The notes beneath the pieces were generated by a model that saw only the letters and a list, made by a program, of their open reading frames with translations, was not told the DNA's origin and made no database searches. From positions 1-36,783 of the forward strand of contig JABXIR010000078.1 in the NCBI GenBank assembly GCA_013372965.1: a DNA stretch of 36,783 bases, in the 5' to 3' direction. This document shows, piece after piece, positions 10,090 through 19,258 of this stretch (position 1 is the first letter of the stretch; every line of letters starts with the position of its first letter). Origin of the DNA: Gammaproteobacteria bacterium (GTDB taxonomy: Bacteria > Pseudomonadota > Gammaproteobacteria > Pseudomonadales > DSM-25080). The translations under genes and the position numbers were made by a program.

Positions 10090-12567
10090 TTAGAACTCGT
10101 AGCGCATCCGTACATAGTAAGACCCACCTTGGAAACCGTAAGGCGAAGTCACCGCATATTGTGCACCTACAATGTCTGCCCATGGGTTATCGTACGCTTC
10201 GTCCGTAAGGTTAGAAACGCCCGCTATAACACTCAGGTTGTCCATCATTGTGTAGCCAATTTCCGCATCAAACGTGATCGCTGAATCGATGTCGATCGGC
10301 AGCGTTGGATCGTCTAAGTGAGCTTCCCAGATTGAGCTGTAGTAGTTCGCACGAGCCATCACATAGACAGAATCGCTTAGATCTTGACGATAGCTAAGGT
10401 TTGCGCGGTGTTCAGGTAAGTTCTCTTCTAGCTGGCGGATACGACCCGCACCAAGTGAACCACCGACAACCTCAGTTTTGTTGTAGTTATACACCAACGA
10501 CAACTCCGCTGTATCAAACAAACCATATGTCGCTACAAAGTCCAAACCACGTGTCTCGGTATCGAAGTCGTTTGCAAAGAAGCGATATTCAGCAAGACCC
10601 TCTGCTCCTGGTACGCCGTTTGCAATCAGGATCTGACGATCTGCGGCAGACACAGGAACGGTGTCGGTCAATGCAATTCGACCCGTCACATCAATCGAGT
10701 ACACGTCTAACGTCATATCCAAATCACCAAAATTCGCAACGATACCAACGCTTAAGTTCTCTGACTCTTCAGGCTGCAGAACTTCCGCATCTGAGTTGAT
10801 CAACATGGCTGTCGTCGGTGCAATCGTACCTTGGTCGACCAACATTTGGCCGCCCATGCCATCGGATACAGATGCTGTGGTGGTATTAACCACGTTCGCC
10901 TGTCCTGGCGTTGGTGCACGGAAACCCGTTGATGCCGTCGCACGAAGCGCGAAGTTTTCAGTAAAGTCATAGCGAGCTGAAAGTTTCCAGTTCGTTGTTG
11001 ACCCGAAGCTATCGTAATCCTCCCAACGCAGTGCCGCACCTAACAGGAGCGCATCGGTCGGAGTCCATTCGACATCGGTATATAACGCGACATTCTCACG
11101 ACTCCATTCGCCAGCAACTTGCGGACCAAAGCCTTGGAAACCATTTGAGCCAATACCAAAGCCCTGTTCCGTTAATGGTCCGTTCTCCCAAGAAGGAATG
11201 TCACCGATTTTTGCCTCGAAGCTTTCCTCACGCCACTCGAAACCACCCGCTACGTTGAACGCGCCGATCGCCTTGCTGAGATCGACGTTAAAGTTGTTTT
11301 CTAGTTGGATGTAAGTACCTGGCTGGAATGAGGTTGGCGTGTTAGGACCTAATGATGGGTTAACCGTATTCGAAATAAAGAATGCCGCCTCGTTGTAGCC
11401 AGCGCCATAGCTCACGTCGTAGTTAATTCCGTCAAATACCTCACCTCGGAAACCCATTACACCAGCTAAGTCGACCACATCCGCGCCAAAGCTCGGTGTA
11501 AAACCGCCTGGGAACATCTCAGTAAACGAGAAACAGTCCGCGACGCTTTGCGCTTGTTGGTGTGTTAGGCCCGCACAAACGCTCGCGCCTGGGTTCGATG
11601 CATCGTAGTTACCGCTGATATCACCAATAAGGTCGGTCGCACCACCATCATTTGAGTAAATACCACCACGGTTGGTAGGATTACGGAAAAAGAAGCCACC
11701 TTCGACGGTACGACGTGCGTAGTTACCAAATGCGTAAACTTCGTCACCATCACCAATATCGATCCCAGTGTTCAGGAATACTTTTAGGTCTCCGCGTGTT
11801 TCAGGCTGACCCCAAACCTGCGCAGGATTCGCGACATCTGTGTTACCACCGGCAATTAAGCCAGCCGCATCAGATCGCTGAACGGAGCGAGACGTGGGAT
11901 CTTTGGCCCCATACTCGAATGTAAGGTTGGCAAAGCCTTGAGAGCCCAAGGCAAAGCCATTGTTAACCGCTACGGTGTAGAAATTGCCGTCGCCCTCATA
12001 AGTTGATCCGAGCTTAACTTCGGCAGATCCACCCTCGGCGTCGTCACGAAGCACGAAGTTAATTACACCAGCAATAGCATCAGAGCCATATTGCGCTGCC
12101 GCGCCATCGCGAAGCACTTCCACTTGCTTGAGTGCGCTAGCAGGAATTACAGAGATATCAGCACCTTGTGCACCGTCTGACAAACCGCCTCCCAGGAACG
12201 CGATAACGGCTGCACGATGACGGCGCTTACCATTCACCATCACGAGTGTTTGGTCAGGTGCGAGACCACGAAGGTTCGCCGGACGAACAACCGTAGCCGC
12301 ATCAGAAATCGGCTGGTCGTTGACGTTATAACTCGGTATTGCTTGACGAAGGATATTCGACATATCGCTATCGCCACGAGACGTTAGCTCCTCAACTCCA
12401 ATAACATCAATTGGCGCAACGGACTGGGTGACTGAGCGACCGTCAGCACGAGTACCAATTGAAACGACTTCTTCAATTGAGTCTTCCTGTGCCAGTGACG
12501 GCATTGAATACATCGCGGTGACCGATGCGATCGAAACGGCGAGTAACTTACTGCGAGTAGTAAACAT
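10090..12567 (-). CDS. TonB-dependent outer-membrane receptor
   Basis: Signal peptide, TonB box-like EEVVSIG, plug motifs NLRGL.PDQTLV.VNGKR and VEVLRDGAAAQYGSDAIAGVINF, C-terminal Y.F. Confidence 0.95.
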   Translation of the reverse strand: MFTTRSKLLAVSIASVTAMYSMPSLAQEDSIEEVVSIGTRADGRSVTQSVAPIDVIGVEELTSRGDSDMSNILRQAIPSYNVNDQPISDAATVVRPANLRGLAPDQTLVMVNGKRRHRAAVIAFLGGGLSDGAQGADISVIPASALKQVEVLRDGAAAQYGSDAIAGVINFVLRDDAEGGSAEVKLGSTYEGDGNFYTVAVNNGFALGSQGFANLTFEYGAKDPTSRSVQRSDAAGLIAGGNTDVANPAQVWGQPETRGDLKVFLNTGIDIGDGDEVYAFGNYARRTVEGGFFFRNPTNRGGIYSNDGGATDLIGDISGNYDASNPGASVCAGLTHQQAQSVADCFSFTEMFPGGFTPSFGADVVDLAGVMGFRGEVFDGINYDVSYGAGYNEAAFFISNTVNPSLGPNTPTSFQPGTYIQLENNFNVDLSKAIGAFNVAGGFEWREESFEAKIGDIPSWENGPLTEQGFGIGSNGFQGFGPQVAGEWSRENVALYTDVEWTPTDALLLGAALRWEDYDSFGSTTNWKLSARYDFTENFALRATASTGFRAPTPGQANVVNTTTASVSDGMGGQMLVDQGTIAPTTAMLINSDAEVLQPEESENLSVGIVANFGDLDMTLDVYSIDVTGRIALTDTVPVSAADRQILIANGVPGAEGLAEYRFFANDFDTETRGLDFVATYGLFDTAELSLVYNYNKTEVVGGSLGAGRIRQLEENLPEHRANLSYRQDLSDSVYVMARANYYSSIWEAHLDDPTLPIDIDSAITFDAEIGYTMMDNLSVIAGVSNLTDEAYDNPWADIVGAQYAVTSPYGFQGGSYYVRMRYEF

Positions 12568-12614
12568 AGAACCCCCTAATTGTTAATGGCGATACCGTTT
12601 ATTGTTGAATACTT

Positions 12615-12709
12615 CGTGGTACCACGTATAAAAACTAAGGGATTTACACCTGCGTTGCAAGTCATCTGGTGGCCATTACTTAGACCCAATAATTATTGTT
12701 TTAGACCCA
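12615..12709 (-). promoter_or_regulatory. Receptor promoter with candidate operator sites
   Basis: Minus strand TTGCAA (12660-12655), 17 nt, TAGTTT (12637-12632). Palindrome CGTGGTACCACG at 12615-12626, direct repeats TTAGACCCA at 12680 and 12701, palindrome CAATAATTATTG at 12687-12698. Confidence 0.6.
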
Positions 12710-12731
12710 GATATTAGCCTTGATTAAGCCA

Positions 12732-14330
12732 CTAAATCACTTCGCTCGGCTGAACGAACCAACGCAATACACTCGACTCGGCTTTAAGTTCAACATCTTT
12801 CGCCATTAAAGCGACGTCAGAGAGGCGTTTACTGACCGCATCAACACACCCTTGAAAATCGAGCTCGACTTTTTCAGTCGCCAAATCACTCGCAAGGTAA
12901 TCCGTCAATTTGACGGGCATATCAACGCGCTGGCCTAAGAAGTTCCATGTTCCCGAATTAATGTCGAACTGATAGTACGGCAGTAACTTAACACCATGCG
13001 TCGCAATCCAATCAATTGCATTAATCAAGTAATCGACAGTCTCGGTGTCTAGGAAATAGTTGAAGTTAAGTCGAACCCAACCCGGTCTCAAAACCATATC
13101 TCCTGCTAGGTTAGCCGCTTCAATCGCTTCTGAATCTGACTCGCTAATACCGAGCAAAGAATGACCGTAAGGCCCAGCGCAAGAACATCCACCCCGCGCC
13201 TGAATTCCGAATACATCATTGAGTGCGGCAACCACGAATCCGTAATGGAGGTCTTTACCGTCGTGCGTGATACGCAGCGAGACAATCGATAAGCGTTGAG
13301 CTTCGGTACCACCTAAAATATCGATCTTCTCGTTGCGACCCCATTGGTTGAAAGCACGATTTAGATGCGAAGTCTCTCGCGCGTGAATGGTGTCGGTTCC
13401 GACTCGGTCTTTGAGATCAAAAACAACACCGGCACGAATAGACTCGACAATGGCGGGGGTACCACCTTCCTCTCGTCTCTCGAGGCACTCGATATAACGA
13501 TGACGATTAGGTGCAACAAAGCTCACCGTTCCGCCACCAGGCATCGCAGGAGATGTCGCCGTAATCATCGACTTTCTAACGACGAGTACGCCAGGCGTAC
13601 CTGGGCCGCCAATGAATTTATGAGGTGAAATAAAAGCCGCATCTATAGAGTCATCCTGACCTGAACCCGAAACGTTAATCGGCAGATAGGGTCCACCCGC
13701 GGCATAGTCCCAGAAAGACAAGAACCCATAGCGATGAACAAGCGCTGTTATACTCGCGACAGGAGAAATGATACCGGTGACGTTTGAGGCAGCTGAGAAC
13801 GACGCTATTTTCAGCGCTCGGTCTTTATATTGTTCTAGCTTTTCTTCCAACACTGCGACATCTATGTGACCACATGCGTCGAGCGGAATCGTAACAACCT
13901 CTGCGCAACTCTCACGCCAAGGCAACTCATTGGAATGATGCTCATAGGGGCCAATAAACACCACCGGCTGTTGTGCAGCAACGCACGGTTGATCTAAACC
14001 GAGCAAACGAATCAATTTATTAATACCGGTGGTCGCTCCCGAACCACAGAACACCACTGCGTGGTCTTCATCAGCCCCGACTGACTTTTTAATGGCCTTT
14101 CGAGCGGACTCTCTTAGAAGAGTCGACTGACGCCCCGTGAAGGACGATTCAGAATGCGTATTGGCATAAAATGGCAGTACACGGTTATTAATGTACTGCT
14201 CGACAAAATCAAGTGCACGACCACTCGCTGTGTAATCCGCATAAACCAGAGGCTTGAGTCCAAATGGCGTCTTGAGCTGTGTGCGCTCACCAATCACAGC
14301 GCTATTTATTTTTGTAAGTAGTTCATTCAT
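12732..14330 (-). CDS. Class V PLP-dependent aminotransferase / cysteine desulfurase-like (SufS-type)
   Basis: YADYTASGR, EHHSNELPW, DYAA, SPHKF (PLP Lys), GGGTV, RGGCSCAG (catalytic Cys). Start moved to ATG 14330, which has a GGAG RBS. Confidence 0.88.
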   Translation of the reverse strand: MNELLTKINSAVIGERTQLKTPFGLKPLVYADYTASGRALDFVEQYINNRVLPFYANTHSESSFTGRQSTLLRESARKAIKKSVGADEDHAVVFCGSGATTGINKLIRLLGLDQPCVAAQQPVVFIGPYEHHSNELPWRESCAEVVTIPLDACGHIDVAVLEEKLEQYKDRALKIASFSAASNVTGIISPVASITALVHRYGFLSFWDYAAGGPYLPINVSGSGQDDSIDAAFISPHKFIGGPGTPGVLVVRKSMITATSPAMPGGGTVSFVAPNRHRYIECLERREEGGTPAIVESIRAGVVFDLKDRVGTDTIHARETSHLNRAFNQWGRNEKIDILGGTEAQRLSIVSLRITHDGKDLHYGFVVAALNDVFGIQARGGCSCAGPYGHSLLGISESDSEAIEAANLAGDMVLRPGWVRLNFNYFLDTETVDYLINAIDWIATHGVKLLPYYQFDINSGTWNFLGQRVDMPVKLTDYLASDLATEKVELDFQGCVDAVSKRLSDVALMAKDVELKAESSVLRWFVQPSEVI

Positions 14331-14413
14331 TGCAAATCTCCGAATTCTGCACACATTTTAGCGAAGACTCGGCGAAACGTGGTCGCAATATTTGGCAAGA
14401 AACATCAACAAAA

Positions 14414-14428
14414 TGGAATAATGTGCTA
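14414..14428 (-). promoter_or_regulatory. Lrp-type binding site in the divergent promoter
   Basis: Minus strand TAGCACATTATTCCA matches the Lrp consensus YAGHAWATTWTDCTR at 13/15; a weaker copy lies 30 bp away (14384-14398). Confidence 0.45.
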
Positions 14429-14464
14429 ATTTATTAAACTAATTTGAAACAACGGGTCGAAATA

Positions 14465-14917
14465 ATGGATTCAATTGACAAGAAAATTCTTCAGCAACTG
14501 CAGTCAAACGGTGAACAGTCTGTTAGCGAGATCGCCGACATCTGCGGACTATCGAAAAGTGCATGTTGGAGAAGAATTCAAAAACTGGAAGAATTGGGTG
14601 TCATAAAAGAACGAACGGTTTTATTAAACGCACGTGCGTTAGGACTCAAGCTCACGGTATACATCTCGATAAGAACGAATCAACACAACACCGAGTGGGC
14701 AACGCGATTTAAAGAGATCACGGACGGCCTTGAAAACATACTCGAGGTTCATCGCATGAGCGGCGATCTGGATTATTTAATTAAGGCGGTCGTGCGCGAT
14801 ATGCAAGATTACGACCACCTGTACCAGCGACTCATTCGCGCCGACCTTTACGATGTCAGCGCATCCTTCGTCATGGAAGAGTTGAAAGTCACGACTCACC
14901 TGCCCTTAGACTCTTAA
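14465..14917 (+). CDS. Lrp/AsnC family regulator, DecR/YbaO-like
   Basis: D.IDKKIL, CWRRIQKLEE.GVI, T.QH..EW, RMSGD.DY, YD.LY..L, SF.MEE.K.TT.LP as in E. coli DecR; ATG at 14465. Confidence 0.9.
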   Translation: MDSIDKKILQQLQSNGEQSVSEIADICGLSKSACWRRIQKLEELGVIKERTVLLNARALGLKLTVYISIRTNQHNTEWATRFKEITDGLENILEVHRMSGDLDYLIKAVVRDMQDYDHLYQRLIRADLYDVSASFVMEELKVTTHLPLDS

Positions 14918-17900
14918 TACGAGCAAACATTCGACGCGACGTTACTTTGATCGAGTGAGGCAAAAGCAACATTGATGGCGTTACAATCAACGTTAGGATA
15001 GTCGCAAACGCGAGACCCCAAACAATCGCCGATGCGAGAGGCACCCAATACGACGCCACCATTCCTCCGTGCTCGAGCGTGCGATTGACAACATCAATCG
15101 ACCAGTTGGTGGCAATCGGTAACAACCCTAGTATCGTCGTCGCCGTCGTCAAGAATACGGGACGTAAACGCTGAGCTCCTGTTCGCACAATACACTCTTG
15201 AATGGTAAGTTCGGGGTTGGTACGACGAAGCACATTAAAGGTATCAATCAACACGATGTTGTTGTTGACCACAATACCCGCAAGCGCGACTACCCCAACG
15301 CCCGTTAGAATGGTCGAGAACACTCCACCCGTGATCAGCAGACCAGCCAAGACCCCCGCGGTCGACATCACAACAGCCGTCATAATCAGTCCGGCTTGAT
15401 AGAAGCTATTGAACTGCGTGATGAGCAGAATAGCCATTAGAAACATCGCCAAGCCCATTGCGACCTGCAAAAATTCTTTTGCTTCGTTTTGTTCTTCGTT
15501 CGCACCACGGAAGGTGATGGTTAAATCGGACGGCCAGTCAGTTCGTTCAACCAATGCCATGATTTCCTGTGTTTTGTTATCTGCGACCGTGCCTGCTTGA
15601 ACATCGGCATTAACGAACATGACTTGACGGCCATTAAATCGTTCAATCGTACCCGTACCCGGGCGGGGTACGATAGTCGCAGCGCTCGACAGGGGTACAG
15701 TCCCGTTTGGTGTATAAATTCTAAGATGCTCAAGCTGATTTAACTGACGCTCAGCTTCTGTAAATCGGGCACGAATTTCAACCTCACGCTCTGCGTCCGA
15801 TGGGCGATACTCGCCAATTTCGACACCCGTGGTCAGCAATTGCACCACCGTTCCTACATCCGTGACGTTCGCTCCCAATTGAGCCGCGATCTGCCGATCC
15901 ACGTCGACCTGCCACTCAATGGTCGGTAGCGGACGAGAGTCGTCGATATCGCGCAAACCCTCAACATTCGTCTCAAGTAGCTCACGTAATCGTGCGGTTT
16001 GTTCAATCAGCAGCTCACGACTATCGGCGCTCAGTTCAATCTTGATCGGCTTTCCGACAGGAGGGCCCTGTTCAACAATGTCCGCCTCGATGAATACCCC
16101 AGGGATATTACGGGTATTGAATCGAATTTGTTCGAACGTATCAGCCGAATTGAGTTCGCGCTCATTATGGTCGGTCAGTTCAATAATTAATGTGGCGACT
16201 TTATCGGGCGACTCATTACGCCCCGCCCCTTTTCCGGGTTGGAAGGTCGATGTATAGACGATCGAAACGCCTTCCGTATTGAGAATCGCCGATTCCACTT
16301 CGGCTACAATATCTCTGACTTCGTAGGCGCTCAGATTGCCTCTCGCGCGCACCGAGGCCATCCCATAAACCGTTTCAGCATCGGTAAAAAATTCGACACC
16401 TTTGTTGTATTTCCCATAGGCCGCAAACACGGCAAAGATCACGACCACACTTAAGGTTGCCACCAATAACGGAACTTTTGTGACCCCGCGTAGAATCCGA
16501 GCATAAAACCCAGTAACGCCAGACAACTTCGTAGGATCGTCATTTTCTAGCTGATGGAAGTGCTTTACATCTTCGGGGGAGAACGACGAGCGCCCGAACT
16601 TCGCGCCAATGACCGGTGCAAACACCAACGCGTAAAGCAACGAGCTGGTGAGCACTGCAAACACCGTGGTTGGCAAGTACGCCATAAAATCGCCCACGGT
16701 GCCGGGCCACAACATCATCGGCAGAAACGCTGCGAGCGTGGTCGCTGTGGACGCCAAAACCGGCATAAACATGCGTTGAGCCGCATCGATATAAGCGGTC
16801 TTGCTACTCACACCTTCGGCCATACGGCGATCAGCGTATTCAGTAATAACGATCGATCCATCAATCAACATGCCGAGCGCAAGCAACATGCCGAACATCA
16901 CCATAAAGTTGAAGGAGTATCCCAATAGATAGATCCAAATCACCCCCATTAAGAGTGATACTGGGATGCCTGCACCAACCAGCAGCCCGGAACGAAACCC
17001 TAACGCAGCGACGACAATAATCATCACCAGCGCGATCGCGGTGACGATGTTTCCCTGTAGCTCGTTAACCATTTGTTCTGTACGGGGTGTTGCGTCAAGA
17101 ATTGGCAGCATGGTGAGTGACGCTGGATAGCGAGCTCGATAAGACTGTACAATCTCGTTCACCTCGGCAGCCACTTCGAGCTGGTTACTTCCACCACGTT
17201 TCTTTACTTCGATCGAAATAGCAGGTACGCCATTAATGCTCGAAAATCCGTCGCGATCTTTAAAACGGCGTGTAATCTCGGCGATATCAGAGAGTACAAC
17301 GACACCTTGAGGCGTCGACTTAATCGGCAAGTTAATCACATCTTGATAAGTTTCGATTAACCCAGGCACCTTCATGCCAAAGCGGCCATCGCCTCGATCG
17401 AGCTCACCTGCAGGAATCAATTGGTTGTTGATGTTAATGGCGTTGATTAGCTCTCGAGGCGTGATGTTGAAGTTCTCGAGCTTCTCGCGATCGATGGCCA
17501 CCTCAACCATTTCTTCACGCGCACCCACTAACCTCGCCGACAGTACATCCGAAATCATTTCGAGCTCTAAACGAAGATCTTGCGCTATGAGGAATAGTTC
17601 ACGTTCATCCAGCGCCTCGCTCGCCAATCCAATCACCACCGTAGGCATTCGATCCGCAGAGATTTCATTGATCACTGGCTCTTCAATTGTCCTCGGAAGT
17701 TTCTCTCGAGCACGATCGATAGCTGCACGAACATCTGACAACGCCTTATCGATATCTACGGTCGCATCAAACTTAACCATGAAGCTCGCGAGACTCTCTT
17801 TGGCGGCAGCATTAAGCTCATCTACACCCTCAATGGTCCTGAGTTCGAGCTCGATAGGTTTTACCAACAATCGCTCAGCATCATCGGGAGAGATACCGGG

Positions 17901-18056
17901 ATTGATAACCAGCACTTGCAGCATCGGCACTTGGATATCGGGACTTGCCTCAATGGCGATATCAGACCGCGTGTATAAGCCAGCGATTAACAACAACGCC
18001 ATGATTGAGAGAACCGTTCGCGAGCGCGCGAAACACAGGTTTAAAAATGCTCTCAC
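14889..18056 (-). CDS. RND efflux transporter permease subunit (AcrB/D/F family)
   Basis: ~1055 aa, two large periplasmic loops, LGMLIDGSIV, RLRPVFLTT.TT.LGLLP; likely GTG start at 18056, just after the MFP stop. Confidence 0.93.
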   Translation of the reverse strand: MRAFLNLCFARSRTVLSIMALLLIAGLYTRSDIAIEASPDIQVPMLQVLVINPGISPDDAERLLVKPIELELRTIEGVDELNAAAKESLASFMVKFDATVDIDKALSDVRAAIDRAREKLPRTIEEPVINEISADRMPTVVIGLASEALDERELFLIAQDLRLELEMISDVLSARLVGAREEMVEVAIDREKLENFNITPRELINAININNQLIPAGELDRGDGRFGMKVPGLIETYQDVINLPIKSTPQGVVVLSDIAEITRRFKDRDGFSSINGVPAISIEVKKRGGSNQLEVAAEVNEIVQSYRARYPASLTMLPILDATPRTEQMVNELQGNIVTAIALVMIIVVAALGFRSGLLVGAGIPVSLLMGVIWIYLLGYSFNFMVMFGMLLALGMLIDGSIVITEYADRRMAEGVSSKTAYIDAAQRMFMPVLASTATTLAAFLPMMLWPGTVGDFMAYLPTTVFAVLTSSLLYALVFAPVIGAKFGRSSFSPEDVKHFHQLENDDPTKLSGVTGFYARILRGVTKVPLLVATLSVVVIFAVFAAYGKYNKGVEFFTDAETVYGMASVRARGNLSAYEVRDIVAEVESAILNTEGVSIVYTSTFQPGKGAGRNESPDKVATLIIELTDHNERELNSADTFEQIRFNTRNIPGVFIEADIVEQGPPVGKPIKIELSADSRELLIEQTARLRELLETNVEGLRDIDDSRPLPTIEWQVDVDRQIAAQLGANVTDVGTVVQLLTTGVEIGEYRPSDAEREVEIRARFTEAERQLNQLEHLRIYTPNGTVPLSSAATIVPRPGTGTIERFNGRQVMFVNADVQAGTVADNKTQEIMALVERTDWPSDLTITFRGANEEQNEAKEFLQVAMGLAMFLMAILLITQFNSFYQAGLIMTAVVMSTAGVLAGLLITGGVFSTILTGVGVVALAGIVVNNNIVLIDTFNVLRRTNPELTIQECIVRTGAQRLRPVFLTTATTILGLLPIATNWSIDVVNRTLEHGGMVASYWVPLASAIVWGLAFATILTLIVTPSMLLLPHSIKVTSRRMFARIKSLRAGES

Positions 18057-18057
18057 C

Positions 18058-19113
18058 TTAATTGCTCTCCCCGATCCGATAATCGACCACATCACCCTCG
18101 GCAACAAACTCAGAGCCCGTAGTAATGAGACGTACTCGATCCGGAAGACCGGTCACCCAAAGTCCTTCTCGCGTTTCGTCGATAAGATCGACGAAGTAGT
18201 AAACCACTTCGCTTTGGTCATTGATGGCTTTCACACGAAGCTGCCCATTTGCATCGAGACTAATAATCGACGCGGGAATTCGATGAGCTAACAGTTCGTT
18301 TAAGGGAATAGTAAGTGCCGCAGTTAGACCGGCTCGGACAGACGTCGTTTGCTCATTCTGGATGATCGCCTCGACCTGATAGTTGCGGGTCACTTGATCC
18401 GCTTGATGAGCGACGAATCTTAATTGTGCCGTTTGGGCCTCTAGGCCCTCCACTAACACCCGCCCTTGATCCCCGGGTGCCAAGAAACGGACGACGTCTT
18501 CGGAAACTAGCCCAGAAAATATGAAGGGGGTGACATCTAATATTTGAGCGCACACGTCCGCGGGTCTCAAATAAGCCCCCTTCTCGGCATGCAGTGATTC
18601 AACGATGCCATCAAAAGGTGCGCGAATTTTCGTATACTCCAAGGCGAGGTCTGCCTGCTGTTTGGCCAGTCGAGCCGCCGCGAGTCGATCTTCAGCGTTC
18701 GCCATTGCCAACTCACTTTGCAACCCACCACTGCGAAGTTGCAGCGAACCTCGATACTCAATTTCTGCTAGTCGCACCGCGCTCGCTGCTCTTTCTGCGG
18801 CGATCTCTCGGTCACCTAATTCGAGTTCACAGATGACATCGCCCTCAGCGACTGATTCACCTTCTCGAAAATACGTTGCTACCACCTGACCGGCGATTTT
18901 ACTTCTGAGCACCACCGACTTATCGGCATCAATACGTCCTCGTATCGTGACCGATCTCTGGTGAAGTTGCGCCTCAGAGGCGAAACTATCCACTTGAAAA
19001 ACCGTGCTCGGAGCGACCAACTGAGTACCAATCTGACGTTCGACATCCGCGCCCGATGCTAACCAAATAACTAATAGCACACTAAAAATGATCGATAGAA
19101 CCAATTTATTCAT
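18058..19113 (-). CDS. RND periplasmic adaptor (membrane fusion protein)
   Basis: N-terminal TM, lipoyl halves (IAGQV...EGE.V, IRAPFDGIV), coiled hairpin; upstream of the RND gene. Confidence 0.92.
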   Translation of the reverse strand: MNKLVLSIIFSVLLVIWLASGADVERQIGTQLVAPSTVFQVDSFASEAQLHQRSVTIRGRIDADKSVVLRSKIAGQVVATYFREGESVAEGDVICELELGDREIAAERAASAVRLAEIEYRGSLQLRSGGLQSELAMANAEDRLAAARLAKQQADLALEYTKIRAPFDGIVESLHAEKGAYLRPADVCAQILDVTPFIFSGLVSEDVVRFLAPGDQGRVLVEGLEAQTAQLRFVAHQADQVTRNYQVEAIIQNEQTTSVRAGLTAALTIPLNELLAHRIPASIISLDANGQLRVKAINDQSEVVYYFVDLIDETREGLWVTGLPDRVRLITTGSEFVAEGDVVDYRIGESN

Positions 19114-19258
19114 TATGTATTTCTCGTTGATAAGCGGTTGTGGCGACAGCTCGCGCGTCAGGTTATAGTTGTAGTTGATCTAACCACAAGTTTCCGAACT
19201 TACTGAGTCAATCTTTAGGTGTCACAAGACACCAGCGACGGACACACATAAATAGCCA

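Noticed and set aside
9506-10183. 225-aa Cys/Arg-rich ORF with 52-aa repeats (possible RiPP precursor)
   Set aside because: It is the translation of the 156-nt repeat (a multiple of 3). It overlaps the receptor out of frame and valS antisense, and runs through a terminator
12568-12731. Fur box or cobalamin/TPP riboswitch upstream of the receptor
   Set aside because: The predicted leader is only ~60 nt with no riboswitch core motifs. The AT-rich palindrome only partly resembles GATAATGATAATCATTATC and lies upstream of the -35; a weak Fur site is not fully excluded
17374-18291. 305-aa + strand ORF
   Set aside because: Ser-rich antisense shadow of the RND/MFP genes; the other short nested ORFs in the track were rejected on the same grounds
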